The notes below the pieces were generated by a model, which saw nothing but the letters and a program-made list of their open reading frames with translations, did not search any database and was not told the origin of the DNA. Made by a program: the position numbers and the translations under genes. Shown in pieces: positions 1 through 14,189 of a DNA stretch of 64,000 nt; the first letter of the stretch is position 1, and each line of letters begins with the position of its first letter. Origin of the DNA: the human T2T-CHM13v2.0 reference genome, Homo sapiens; NCBI RefSeq assembly GCF_009914755.1, contig NC_060929.1, one strand, 5' to 3'.

Positions 1-649
1 TTCTTTCAAGTACACTTTGCTTAATTTTAGTATGTGTTATCCTCTCAAAAAAAAAAATCACATAAAAAACTTTCACCCTAGAAAGGTTTCTCGGAACATT
101 TCCCCTCTGAGAGCTTTAAGCGAAGGTTGTACATTAAATGGTTTCATAAAAGATCCTGAATAAAGGCTATTATCTACATGTAACATTCACTCGCACTATA
201 TCTCATGATCTATTGACATAAAGCAGTTTATTGGTCAATATCACTGGCCAAAGGCAGAGACAGAGGTATGATTCCAGCCATCTGGAAATCTATTATCAAG
301 GCTAATGCATATGCCTTTCATTTCTAAAGATCTGGTTTCAGCTTCATCAGTTAAAAGTGAATTGGGTGGTCTTGTCTTACCCACATTAAAGAACCATTAT
401 GCAGTTTAGCCTAACAAAACACCATCAGTCATGAACATCATTTAGCAGAAGTCAACCTAGGCAAAATGTCCAGTCTGTTGAGTATGCCTCCTTCTCTAAC
501 CTCTCGTTCCCTGATCAGGCTATTCATGGGCAAAATTATAAAGTAGGCAGAGTTAGTTTGAGGTTATTTTGAGTCTATTAGTCAAAAGCACAGAGTGGGA
601 GAAATAGATATGGATATAAGAATGAAACAAGCGACAAAAATATGCGTTC

Positions 650-743
650 TAGTCCTAGCTAGTCACTACCTCTCTGGGGCTCAGTATCTTCAGCTGTAAA
701 ATGGGGATAACAACCACCCTCACGCTTTGAGGGCTCTTGGAAT
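650..743 (+). mobile_element. MIR fragment, interrupted by the LTR at 744; continues ~1557-1620
   Basis: ctcagtatcttcagctgtaaaatggggataa resembles the MIR core cctcagtttcctcatctgtaaaatggggataa. Confidence 0.55.
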
Positions 744-1556
744 TGAAAGAGTTCCCTTATCCCCCTCGCAGGACGTTAGGCGGAGGTGTGGCTCACTGCC
801 CCACCACTCAAACCCCTAGGGGAAGTATGCAGACGGCAGGTGCAGAGACCGTGGGGAGCGTTTTTTGGGCTCTGGCCCCATGGCTGCATCTAGGGGTGGG
901 TGTCTGCGACTCCCGAAGTCCAAGTGGGTGTGTGTTACAGTGTGCTCTTTCAGCTTTGCCGTCTGCAGACGGCTTGTGTTAATCAGCTCAACAGACCCTC
1001 TGCCTTATCGCTAGGGCAGGGGACCAGTGTGACAGCCTGAGTTCTTGCCCATTGTATCAGAAGAATCAGATCACACGTGGGCTGGAAGGATGAGTGCAAG
1101 GTCTTATTGAGTAATGGAGGTGGCGCTCAGCGAGATGGATGGGGAGCAGGAAGGAGGGGATAGAGTGGGAAGGTGATCTTCCCTTGGAGTCAAGCCCCCC
1201 AGCAGCCAAACTCTTCTCAGACGGCCCCAGCTGAACTCCTCTTGGTGTCCAGATGTCCTTCCTCTTCTCTCTCTGCTGTGCCGCCCCGCTGCTCTCTGCC
1301 ACTCTCTGCCTCTCTGTTCCTCTTCTCCTCTCAATGTCCAGCTGCTTGTTTTTCTGCCCACTAAGGTCTCAGGTTTATATGGACACAGGATGCAGGGCAT
1401 GGTGGGTCAGAGTGGTCTTGGAAAATGCAACATTTGGGCGCGAACACAGGAGTGCCTGTTCTTACTTAGGTCTGTGGGCACAGGCCCAAGGGTGGAGCCC
1501 TGGCCAAGGACACCGCCTTTCTCTACCCAGCACTTCCCTGCCCCCCTCCCATATCA
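744..1556 (-). mobile_element. Solo ERV1 LTR of the LTR1/LTR27/LTR28 group
   Basis: Minus strand begins TGATATGGGAGGGGGGCAGGGAAGTGCTGGGTAG and ends GGGAACTCTTTCA (TG...CA); 4-bp TSD GAAT at 740-743 and 1557-1560; TATAAA on minus at 1374-1379. Confidence 0.8.
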
Positions 1557-3097
1557 GAATGATCAAAAGAACACATGGCTATGAAAAGCCATACATCATT
1601 TGCAAATAACAAGATTACTACTATCCTTTCTTGCCCTCATTTTTACTTTCCACATTTTCCATATGGCCCTCCCCATCTACAGAGACCTGGTGCTCTCCAT
1701 CTTTCTCTTCCCCTACGTGGATTTAGCCGTCTCCTCCCCTACCTGGATTTAGCTGCCATCAGTCCTGCACCCTGGGTCTTGCCTGTCCCCTAAGTATCAG
1801 TAATATTTCCCTGCTAATTTCCCTTCTTACAATGTGTGATCTCTGCTATGTGTTAACTGGTCAGTCTGGGAAGCTGTTACTCCCTATGCTATCAGAAAAA
1901 GTGCTGCCTTGCCAAGCACTTATTAGAGACCCTGAATTTTCCAGAGCAATTTCAATTCTGGCACAGGATGGCTAGGAATGCACAGAAGTGAAGGCAGAAC
2001 TTTTGTCAGTTTTCAAACCTGGGGTGGTGAGGGTGGTGACTTACTCGATATCACTCTAAGTACCAGGCCTGGGAATCCAGGGCCAGCCTAGTCCTAGAGA
2101 AAATAAAGATGACTACCATACATCCATATCACACACTCAGTGTGACTCTCTACATTCCCAGATCACAGGGAACTCTGTAACAATGTCTCACCTGTGATTC
2201 TCAGAGACAGGCCTCAGTTTGAAACTTCCTACCAGCGGCATATCCATTGTTTTCCCTTTTATTTATCTCATATTACCTCAGATATATTAGTTGGTTACAT
2301 TGAAATCAGATCAGCTCAAAATTATCCACTTGTGGTGAATTTTTTTTTAACCCAAATAGGTTTCTCCATATATCCATCAATGCTTCTGGGTCACTTTTCC
2401 ATAGCCACGACTTGGTTTATTCTCAGGAAATGCAAGCTACGGTTTTTATAGATCTGAACCAAACCACTAGAGAGATAGCCATACTGCCCCGAAATCATAT
2501 CCATCTAAATGTCCATCTCACTTTTTTTCTGTTTTTTTTTTAATAACCAGAAAAGCTCTTCATCAAGCGTGATTCTAGCTGCAAACTGTGCAAGATGAAA
2601 GCTATGAAATCAAGAATGGAAATGGAAATGTTTTCATATCAGCCCCTGCATGGAATATCCCTGGCTATTGCACTCCCACCTTCACCCCCATCATCCAGGA
2701 AGAATCAGCGTGATCAGGGTCATTCTATGAGGGCAGAGCCCTGAGACAAAAGCACAAAACTCTCCAACTCCCTCACATCAGCTTGTCCCCCAACACACAC
2801 ACCCATTCCTAAGTCAAAAAATGATTTAATTTATAATGCACAATTTAATTTGCTTCACACATTACATCATTTCTCAATACACTTTAAGGTAAAAACTTAC
2901 AAGGAGAAACCAGAAGGGTTTGTTAAGACCTGGTGAGGAGGCAGATGATGGGTTCAAGTGCAGGGGCCGCAGAGGGGTTGGTGCAGTGACCAGGGAAGAC
3001 AGAAGAGCAGGTGTTAATGGCTGCTTGTGTATATGGGGACCTGAAGGCTTTCTTAGCCCCAGACAGCCCCCACCCTCGACATTCCTTAGCTGAGAGC

Positions 3098-3285
3098 CAG
3101 TTCTCAAACTTTCTTCAGCATCAGGAATAACAATGATAATCAAGGAGCCTACTGAAAATTCAGATGATCGTGCTCATCCCCAGAGATGGGTCCATAGGTC
3201 TGGATTTGCAGCTCTGCATTTTTAAAAGGTACCAAGTACCACAGGTTATTCTGCTGCAGGTGGCCAGAGACCCACACTTTGAGTT
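3098..3285. mobile_element. MER5A-like hAT-Charlie MITE
   Basis: cagttctcaaact...ctgcatttttaa...gaccca cactttgag, characteristic MER5 ends. Confidence 0.6.
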
Positions 3286-4566
3286 CTTCTGGCCACTGGC
3301 CTCATTCAGTAGAGCAAAGCATGCAGTGAGTGACTTCGAGGGGAAGGCTCAGGGCCTTATGAGTGGAAATCCCGTATGCAAGCATGATTCCACGGGAAGC
3401 TGTGTGCAAAAACTCTCAAAGAGAAGGTGTTACTTGAGAGCATTCAGCTGGCGTGTGACAGCTACACGACATGCATGCATAAAAGGAGGTGTTACGGTGT
3501 CTAATTATTACCTTTAGAAGATTTTAAAGATGGATTCTATGATCCTTGATCACTTGAAATTTTGAACCTAGGGGAAAGATATCTAAGAACAATCCCTATA
3601 AATAATAGCAATGAATAGGTGTGAAGAGTGACTATATTTAGCCACAAAGTGAGCTGTTATAGGCATTTCCCCCAACTTTACAGGAGCACCATTTCTGTAT
3701 TCTTTTTACTCCTACAAGATACACATCCTGTTTACCTTGTGCTTTGTGTTATACAAAGAATGGATACTTAAAACAGGCCTAGGATTTTTAAAATATAAAA
3801 TAAACGCCTATGTTGTTCATTCTATTCAGTTGACTGTCTCAAGACAGAATATTCCAGCAGTGATATCCCTCTTGGGAAACTCAATTTTGAAAGTACTCAA
3901 AAATAGTAATGTGGAGCCGAAAAGATTCACATTATTTCTAATATCCTATAAAGGAAATCTTATTTCCCTAAGTTAAGGCCATATAGGCTAATAGTACATA
4001 CTCTTAAGCATTTGAGTATATTAAAAATCTTTTAGCAAGATACAAGGAAAAATAATAGCAGAGGTCCTCAATAGAAAAAAAAAAAACTCGGGAAAATTTA
4101 TTTCAGAGGAATATCTCACTATTCAGCTATATCCTAGTAACAACTTTACTTAATAAAGAGTCAAATTCATTGCACAATTAAAAGGCTTTGGAAATGTTCT
4201 GCTCAAGATCTATCTCTGGAAGCACAAATCACTACATCTGCCATGGAATCACATGCAATGTCAGGTTGAATTTTTGTTTTTTAATGATTTTATTTTGGTC
4301 TCAACAAAGTAAGGCCAGAAAGATAAAACAAGATAGAGAAGCTGTCAGAAAAATGAGCACATTCCAAAAACCAAATAAGCTGTCTCCCCAAAAAAGCATC
4401 ACTTTCTTTGTTGTTTATCATATGCTAAAGTGATTTGCATATTGTCTTTCAAGGTGGAACTTTCCACTGCATTTGCATCATCTCAAGAGCCAGTGGCTGC
4501 CCCCTCTGCATGCTGTCTTGTTGCTATGGAAATGAGGGTGTACAGTAAGACAAGGAGCAAAGGTAA

Positions 4567-4919
<353 letters not shown>

Positions 4920-5179
4920 TAGCAATAAAGACACTTAAGCAAACTGATTTTATTTTTAAAGACCTCACTAACAATCATAGAGTATCTGTTACACAGCTTG
5001 AATTTGATTTACTTGCTTAATGCCTTTAGCTTTTCATGTATAAAGAGACTGGTTTAAAATTGACCACACTAAATTGGTAAAAGTCTTGTCAGATTCCTCT
5101 CACTCATAGAGAAGTTTCTAAGACTCAAGTTATCAAAAGTGAGTGGTTAACCTAAAAGTTAACTCTGTTTTGAAATGTG

Positions 5180-5325
5180 TGTGTGACCTTAGGCAAGTAT
5201 GTTGAACTCTCTAAATCCTTGTTTCCTTCTCTGGAAAATAAGATAATACCACTTATGTTACAAAATTGTATAGAGATCTGACCTAACGAAAAGTTTGGCA
5301 CATGATAGGCATTTAATCAATGCAA
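5180..5325 (+). mobile_element. MIR fragment
   Basis: gtgtgaccttaggcaagt...tttggcacatgataggcatttaatcaatg. Confidence 0.65.
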
Positions 5326-6569
5326 GCATGGTGGCGTTAAAACCAATTTTCTCAGCACACATTAGCTGAGTGGAGGAGACAGTTTAGAGCCTCATAGTGG
5401 GTGGCAAGACAGTTGGGAGAAAAGGATCCGGGCTTGGCCTAAAATTTGCTGTGAATAATCCATAAAGTGAGCTATCCACAGAAGCAGATCATCAAGCATT
5501 GGCTATACATGGAAAAGGGCTTTCCTCACCCATCCAAGATAAAGGCCCACCTGGGCATGACAATTCCAGGTTGTGGTTTGACTCTGAGCACTGGGAATGT
5601 TGGCTTTCCCCGCAAGCTTGGCTATTCCGAGCACAGAAATATCACATTATAGTAACTACCCTGTGGCAAAGGCGATTTGAGAGCAGTGCAAACTCTTCCC
5701 TTTTTCTCTACACTAGCATCCAGACTGCTAAATATTTGGTGCCAGTGGTTACGGTTGATTCCATTTCCAGAAATGCAATGCAGCTGGAAAATATTTTTTC
5801 TCATAGTGGAAAAAGGCTGGACCATTATGTATCTCTTCAGCAAACGGTTATGATACATAAAGAAATTAACTTTAATGCAATATAAAGCACACTGTTTACC
5901 AAACGCCAAAATGGGGAATAATGTCTATGTTGGTGCAGAAGTCCTTGTCACCACCCCCATCCACGGTTTTGCTTTTTGCAGTTTCAGTTACCCATGCCCA
6001 ACCACAGTCCAAAAATATTAAATGGAAAATTTCAGAAATAATTAATTTATAAGTTTTAAATGGTGTGCTATTCTGAGTAGTGAGATAAAATCTCAGGGCT
6101 GTGCCTCTCCATCCTGACTGAGACAGGAATTGTCCCTTTGTCCGGCAGATCCATGCTGCCGACACTCCCTGCCTGTCAGTCACTTAGTAGCCAGCTGGTT
6201 GTCCAATTGACTGTTGTGGTATCCCAGTGCCTGCATTCAAAGAGCCCTTATTTTACTTAATAATGGCCCAAAGCCCAGGAGTAGTGATGCTGGCAATTCT
6301 GACATGCCAAAGAGAAACTGTAAAGCGCTTCCTTTAAATGAAAAGGTGAAAGCTGTTGACTTGAGGAAAGAAAAAAATCATATGCTGAGGTTGCTAAGGT
6401 TTACAGTACGATAAGATATTTTGAGAGGGCACATCCACATAATTTTTATTACAAAATATTGTTTTAATTGTTTTCTTTTATTGTTGTTAATCTCTTACTG
6501 TGCCTATTTTATAAATTAAACTTTATCATACATATACATGTATGGGAAAAAAATATATAGCCTATATAG

Positions 6570-7255
<686 letters not shown>

Positions 7256-7744
7256 CTATAATGTTTGGTACTATGTGTGATTCCGGGCATTCTCTGGGGA
7301 TCTTGGAATGTACCCTAGGGATAAGGGGGGCCTACCGTACTATCATATAAACTTTCCCACATTTCATATTAGCATTTGTGATCGCTGGCTGTCAGGAAAA
7401 CCAGCCCTTTCTTCTATAAATGTGGCTGGGTGGATTTGGAAACATTTTGGATACGTAAACTTGTATTTCTTAGCATAGGTTCTTTCCACTCAATTCCTTT
7501 AAGTATTTTTTGGAAAAAAAATGAGAAACTAAGCTGACACTGGCCCTTATAGTTTTGTTCCTTCTATTTTTATCATGTAAATGAGCTGGGGACCTAAACA
7601 CTAGAAATATATTCAAAAGGTTTAAATAAGCCACACTTAGCTCTATTATTTTTCTTCCAGGCTCAATAAATCTACTTTTAATTTAATTTATATTTGGAAG
7701 AAAACTTCTGCTTATAGGCACCAAAAATGTGTCATGGAATGTGG

Positions 7745-7920
7745 TAGGTATGTTATTACATTATCATGTTTATTTCTCACAACAACCTTGTGAAGTAGGT
7801 ATGTGGCTATTAAACAAGGGAAGAAACAAGTCTGGAAGAGACAACATCTCTTGTCTAAGGTCATAAAACTAGAAATTGGTGGAGCCAGGATAGCTCTTTT
7901 GATTCCAAGCCAAATGCTTT
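7745..7920 (-). mobile_element. MIR fragment
   Basis: tctcacaacaaccttgtgaagtagg...aaggtcataaaactag...ggagccagga. Confidence 0.6.
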
Positions 7921-8055
7921 TTCTTGTAGGACTAGGACACCTTATTGAATTTCTCTAAATGTTGGAAGCCAAGTTGTCCCATAACTTTATTAAGAGTCAC
8001 CCTTAGTTGGTCTTTGATTGCTATAATTTTTCCTTCCACTAAAGGCTGTAAATAA

Positions 8056-8215
8056 CAATGGTTTCAACTCTGGGGGGCTTTTTAAATACAGATGCATATT
8101 CTCCCATCTCAATCAATTTAATATAATCTCTGAGGTGAGGACCAGGCATCTGATTTTTTTTAATGCTCCAGAGGATTCTAACATTGAAAACATTAGCCAG
8201 GGTTGAAAACTACAG
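8056..8215. mobile_element. MER5A-like MITE
   Basis: caatggtttcaac...gattctaa...gccagggttgaaaactac. Confidence 0.55.
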
Positions 8216-8238
8216 CTTTAAGTTACCAGCTCAGCCAA

Positions 8239-8284
8239 GACCCTAGAAAGTCTTTGATTTTTATTGACCCTAGAAAGTCTTTGA
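8239..8284. repeat. 19-bp direct repeat with 8-nt spacer
   Basis: gaccctagaaagtctttga at 8239-8257 and 8266-8284. Confidence 0.95.
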
Positions 8285-8399
8285 CTGTAAGTCACAACCC
8301 AGAGATGTTAACATTGGAAAATTGTTAAAGGGGATTATAAGATACCAGGGATTATATTTTTATATAAATAACATTTATATAAATAACTATATTATATAA

Positions 8400-9655
8400 A
8401 TAACATATTTGTGTAAGTTTAATAAAAATCTATTCTCCTTGTACAAGATACAGTTGGAAACACTGGTTATATTATGAAGGCATTGACTGGAATGTCATAT
8501 TTTCAGATGTGACCAGACAACTTAAGGAACTAAGGTTGACTTTATGGTGCCAATAAAGCCTCTTAGGGGTTAAAAAACTGACCTGATACCCTGCATACAT
8601 GATTCTTATAAATGGGTCCCTTACATAGTTACAGGCAAGTAAGGGATGTCACTTCCTGGCAGGCCCAGGAACATCAGAAGATTTTGAGGACTTTGAGAAG
8701 AGAGGAATTCAACAAAACTATAGGTATTGCAAAAGTCTGATGGCCAAGTCTTTGGATGAGGTTCTTAACCTCAAAATACTTTTAAAAATCTAGTCTGAGA
8801 TTCCTTATGAAAAGTTCCAGCAAAGCAAACTTTAACAGAGCCTACATGGTCAATCACTACTCTTGCTACACTTAGTAAATAAACAGGCCAAGTTTAATGA
8901 GACTAAACTTAATTTGGAAGTGAATTTGTCTACTTTGGTTATTTTTGGTAAAACTGGGGATGACTACAGAGAAATAAATTATGTTTCAGAAAAAATTTAT
9001 AGTGTGCTTGTTATTAGATTCTAGCCTTGTTCATAATTTTTGAGGTTTTGTTATTTACCTGCAAACTGGATTGGATTCTAAATTCTTATAGTTTCCTCCA
9101 ATATCTGGCTGCAACTCTGCAGACTAATATTTCCCAATCCTTCTGACGTGTAGTCACTGAAATTAAAATTGCCCCTTTCCTGAAGCCCTGTGAGCTGAAG
9201 CTAGATGACTTGATATAGACTTCAGAGAAGTCACCACAATAGCTTATGTATGGACAACCTTCATGACATTCAAACTGCAAACCAGAAAAATCTGTCAGTG
9301 TCCCTGCCTGTCTTCACTCCATCTGAAGATGCTTCAAGCTCAAATTTAGAAATCTTCTCGACTATCTGTCATCTGGATTCAAAAACTGAGTTTACAGTTT
9401 GCTCTAACCATTAGCTTTTGTTTTTCTTTGTTTTCATAGAAATGACTCATTTAAATACCTGATCGATCAGACCATATAGACGTCTAAGTCTAATGGAAGC
9501 CGACCTGCCACACTAACTCCTGACATGAAACACAACTATTAACTGTCTAGCTGAACTGGCCTATCCCCAGGAATAAAAGACAAGTTCAGTAACTTGTAGG
9601 ACAATCCAATACCCAGTTTCTGGACTGTAAAACTTTTTGGGGAAGTTTCAGGGAA
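8400..9655 (+). mobile_element. ERV1 MER4/MER34-group internal region, 3' part
   Basis: aaagttccagcaaagcaaac...aggccaagtttaatgagactaaac motifs typical of MER4-group internals; purine-rich tract just before the LTR. Confidence 0.65.
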
Positions 9656-10043
9656 TGGTGGGGTTTAAAACACACTAACCCCAAAATATGGCACCTTGGA
9701 TTTGAGAAAACAGCAGAAGCATGTTCTCTCTGACTTTCTTCAGCCATTCTCCCTTGCAGCTGGCCATAAAAGAATTCTCTGACTTTCCCCTAAAGTAGAT
9801 CATAAGACCCTCATTATAGACAAGTTCTCCCTATACCCAGAGGAAAGGAACAAAGACATAGGGATGCAGAGAAGAATCTGAAGAAACAGGCCTTGCTAAG
9901 TTCCTCTCCATTTACTGCCATTAGATCAAACCCATTTGTCCTTCATTCATACTTCTGTATGACTGTACATAAAAATACACAGATTTCTCAGTTTCTCTGG
10001 GTCTTCATTTCTGAAGGATTCCAGAAACTCTTTCTCTCCTATA
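9656..10043 (+). mobile_element. MER34-family ERV1 LTR, internally deleted near the 3' end
   Basis: accccaaaatatggcaccttgg...gagaaaacagcagaagc...gggtcttcatttctgaagg; ends tttctctcctata. Confidence 0.75.
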
Positions 10044-10464
10044 CCACCCAACAGTTATCACTTGTCTCCTTAATATGGAAGGTGAGAACCATACAGTATG
10101 TTGCCCCAAAAAGTTTACCCTGCAAGTCAGCAAGGAACATACCTAAGTCCAGAAGAAGGTAAGGGTGGAAGATAAGCATTCACCTTCAACTCACATAGAG
10201 CCCTTTTTAGGTGAGAATCAAGGGTAACACCCCTCCCACCCATTCCCCAGAGCACAGGGGTCTTTCCTTCAATGTTCTCCAAGCCTGGCTGTTCCCTCTC
10301 TGGTCCCACAGATGTTGCCAATAGATTATTTGGTTTTCTCTCTCATGTTTACAGATGTGGACAGAGTGAACATGAAGAGTAACAGATGAAAATTCATTAA
10401 ATGTGTGCATATCTTAATCCATATATAATAGAATTATATGGAGCCATTCCAAGTCATGTTTTAG

Positions 10465-10786
10465 GCTGGGTACGGTGGCTCACACCTGTAATCCTAGCAC
10501 TTTGGGAGACCAAGGAGGGCAGATTGCCTGAGCTCAGGAGTTCAAGACCACCCTGAGCAACATGGTGAAACCCCGTCTCTACTAAAATACAAAAAATTAG
10601 CTGGGCATGGTGGTGGGCACCTGTAGTCTCAGCTACTTGGGAAGCTGAGGCCTCCTGAGAATTGCTTGAACCGGGGAGGCGGAGGTTGTAGTGGACCAAG
10701 ATCACACTACTGCACTACAGACTGGGCGACAGAGCAAGAGACTCTGTCTCAAAAAAATAAATAAATAAATAAATTTTTAAAAAATA
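10465..10786 (+). mobile_element. Alu (old S/J)
   Basis: Full dimer; TSD aagtca(t/g)gttttag at 10451-10464 and 10787-10800. Confidence 0.95.
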
Positions 10787-11754
10787 AAGTCAGGTTTTAG
10801 AACAATTATCATGGAGGAAATTTCATGATATATTAAATTAAAAAATTAAGGATACAAAACAACAATCAAGACCGGAGAAATATACATAGAACACTATCAC
10901 ATCAAAGTGCTGCAATGACAGATAATTTCACTTTTCTATGTACTTTATTCTCCAAATTTTTATGCAAGTGTGTATTTATGCTTAAATTCAGAAAAAAGTG
11001 CTATACAAATATGAAGTATATGTGGTTATTATAAAAATTAGAATAATTACATGGAAAATTCTTAAGAGCCAATATTAAATAAAAAGAAAAGATACAAAAT
11101 TATAAATATATGATGAAAATTATTTTACTATGCATAGGTTAAAAAAAAGACTAGAAGGGAAAATACCAAAATATTATTAGTAATTACCTTCAGGTGGTAG
11201 GGTTATTGATCACTTTTAATATTTAAGTATTTGATATTATTCTTTATATTCCTAATTTTTTCAATGAGAAGGTGTGGCTTAAATTTTTCTTATCTTTAAT
11301 CATGAATTTTTCAAGCCTCTAACAAATATCACACATATCCACTACTCATATTTAACAGATATTAATGTTTTGTCATATTTAATTTGAGTCCCTTTAAGGA
11401 ATAAAACACAAATACAGCTAAAATCTAACCCCTCCTTCATTCTTCCCCCTCCCTCTGGTTTTAGAGGTAACCATTATTCTGTAATTAAGATGTATCATTC
11501 ATGGGCAGGTTTTATAACTTTTGCTACTTATATATGTATCTTTGAACCACATGATTATTTTTAAAGTACAAAGTAGTATCACTATACATGTCCTTTTGCA
11601 ATTTTTTTACTTCAAGATTTAGTCATGTTAATACATTTAGATCTAATACATTTAACTACTGCATACTATTCTTATGACTATACCACAGTCTATCCATTTC
11701 TCTATCCCATTGGTCCTCAAACTCTAGCATACATCAGAAGCACCTCAAGGCCCT

Positions 11755-12290
<536 letters not shown>

Positions 12291-12378
12291 TCTAGTCACC
12301 AGAGTTGGGTCAGTTCCACTGTTTTGCTGGAACAAACAGTGCTCCTTTAGCTTTTGTCATAGACCCTCAGAGTAAATA

Positions 12379-12720
12379 CAGTCATGCACTACATAATGAC
12401 ATTTTGGTCAACAACAAACCACATATAGGATGTTAGGCCTATAAAATAATACTATATTTCTACTGTAACACTGTACCTTTTCTATGTTTAGATATGTCTA
12501 GGTAAACAAATACTTACCATTGTGTAACAATTGCCTACAGTATTCAGTACAGCAACATGCTATCCAGGTTTGTAGCCTAGGAGCAATAGGCTATACCATA
12601 TAGCCTAGGTGTGCAGGAGGCTATACTGTCTAGGTTTGTGTGAATACACTCTATGATGTTCACACAACCTAACCACACATTTCTCAGAATGTATCCCCAT
12701 CATTAAGCAATGCATAACCG
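12379..12720 (+). mobile_element. Tigger3a (MER7A)
   Basis: TA-flanked; cagtcatgc...gcataaccg termini; internal gtagcctaggagcaataggctataccatatagcctagg. Confidence 0.9.
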
Positions 12721-14106
12721 TACTTAGAAGTGAAATAACTAAGTCATAGAGGATTTACTGGGTATCGCCAATTTGCTCTACAAAGGAATAGTGCAAAATC
12801 TGCCTTCTACCAACAATGAATATGAGTTTCTATTTACCTAGATCCTTGACAAACACTTGGTGTTAGCAGGCCTTTTGAAGTTTGTCTGTCTGGTGGATAC
12901 GAAATGGTGTCTTACTGGTGTGTTCATTTGCATTTCCTTGGTCGTTCATGAGGTTGAGCGTCTTTGCAGTTGTTGTTCACCATTTGCCCTTCCTCTCTAT
13001 GGAACTGCCCCTTTATACTTTTTCCCATTTTTAAAATTGTTGGTGTGAAATCACTCATATATTTTTGATACCTATTGTTTGTTGAATTTTAGAAATGGAA
13101 AAATTTCCCAGTCTGAGTTTTATTTTAAGTTCTATTTACAGTGCTTTGTCATGCAGAAGTTTACTAATTTTTATGTAGTCAGGTGTATAAATCTTCTTTG
13201 TTATATGTTCCTTATGTTTCATTTAAGAAATTCCTTTCTGTTCCAATGTCTTCAAATGTTAATCTTCCCTCTTTTTTCTCTAAAAGTTTCTAAGTTGTGA
13301 TTTTCATATTTAGCTCTCCAATCCACTTGAACCTTATTTTTATACTGGTGAAAGGTATACTCTTTTTGGGTGGGGAGCAATATGGTTAGATAATTGTCTA
13401 TGTTGATTTGTAACGCCTCCTCTGTTACAGATAAAGTTTAATGTAAATGTAAATGTAAATTTTTTTAATGGAGAAAAAACTTTGCCTAAAGTTTATCCTA
13501 GAGGCATAGATATGGGAACAAAGTTAATATGCTACAGGATAAGTAATAAATAATATGAGTTGCTGTGTTGCCGTGATACAATAGCCAAGATATGCGTCAG
13601 CAAAGCCAGAAAATGTCTGTTTGAAAGAAAAAAAAATTCAGCTACATGAGTATTTGACATGTAATTTTTTGATGATGCTGAGACAAAATTTGAGCAAAAG
13701 CTTTGTAAAAAAAAAAAAAAGAACCTTCCTCCCACCCCCTGCCAAAACAAGAGATAAAGGAAAGCAAGGTGATCTCTTTAAAAACAAGTGGGGAATCACG
13801 GGACAGCTCTCTGTGTTAGTAATAGCAGACATGCAGCAAAAGCATAATCCATGAACCTGACATTGGCTACCCAAACAGAGAAGCAGAAAATCCAGTCGGG
13901 CAGACCTGGGCCGTGGCAGGCACTGAAGACTAATGGTGCTGCATGAATGGGCAGAGCTGGTGCCCCATCTGTGTGAAATCAAGAGGGAGTTTCAATTTGG
14001 CTTATTTCAGAGAGCTCAATAGGAAGTGAAAATAACAGGCCGTAACGGTCTCATGAAGAATAAAGCACCCCTATATTTCACACCACTACTGAGTTTTGCT
14101 AACATA

Positions 14107-14189
14107 TTAGATTGAACTATATGAAATTGTCATTTCTGAAGTTAGAAAAAGAAGGTTGACTATCTTCACTTTCATATAGCTCAACCTAA
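14107..14189. mobile_element. MADE2 mariner-derived palindromic MITE
   Basis: ttagattgaactatatgaaa...tttcatatagctcaacctaa inverted ends flanked by TA. Confidence 0.85.
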
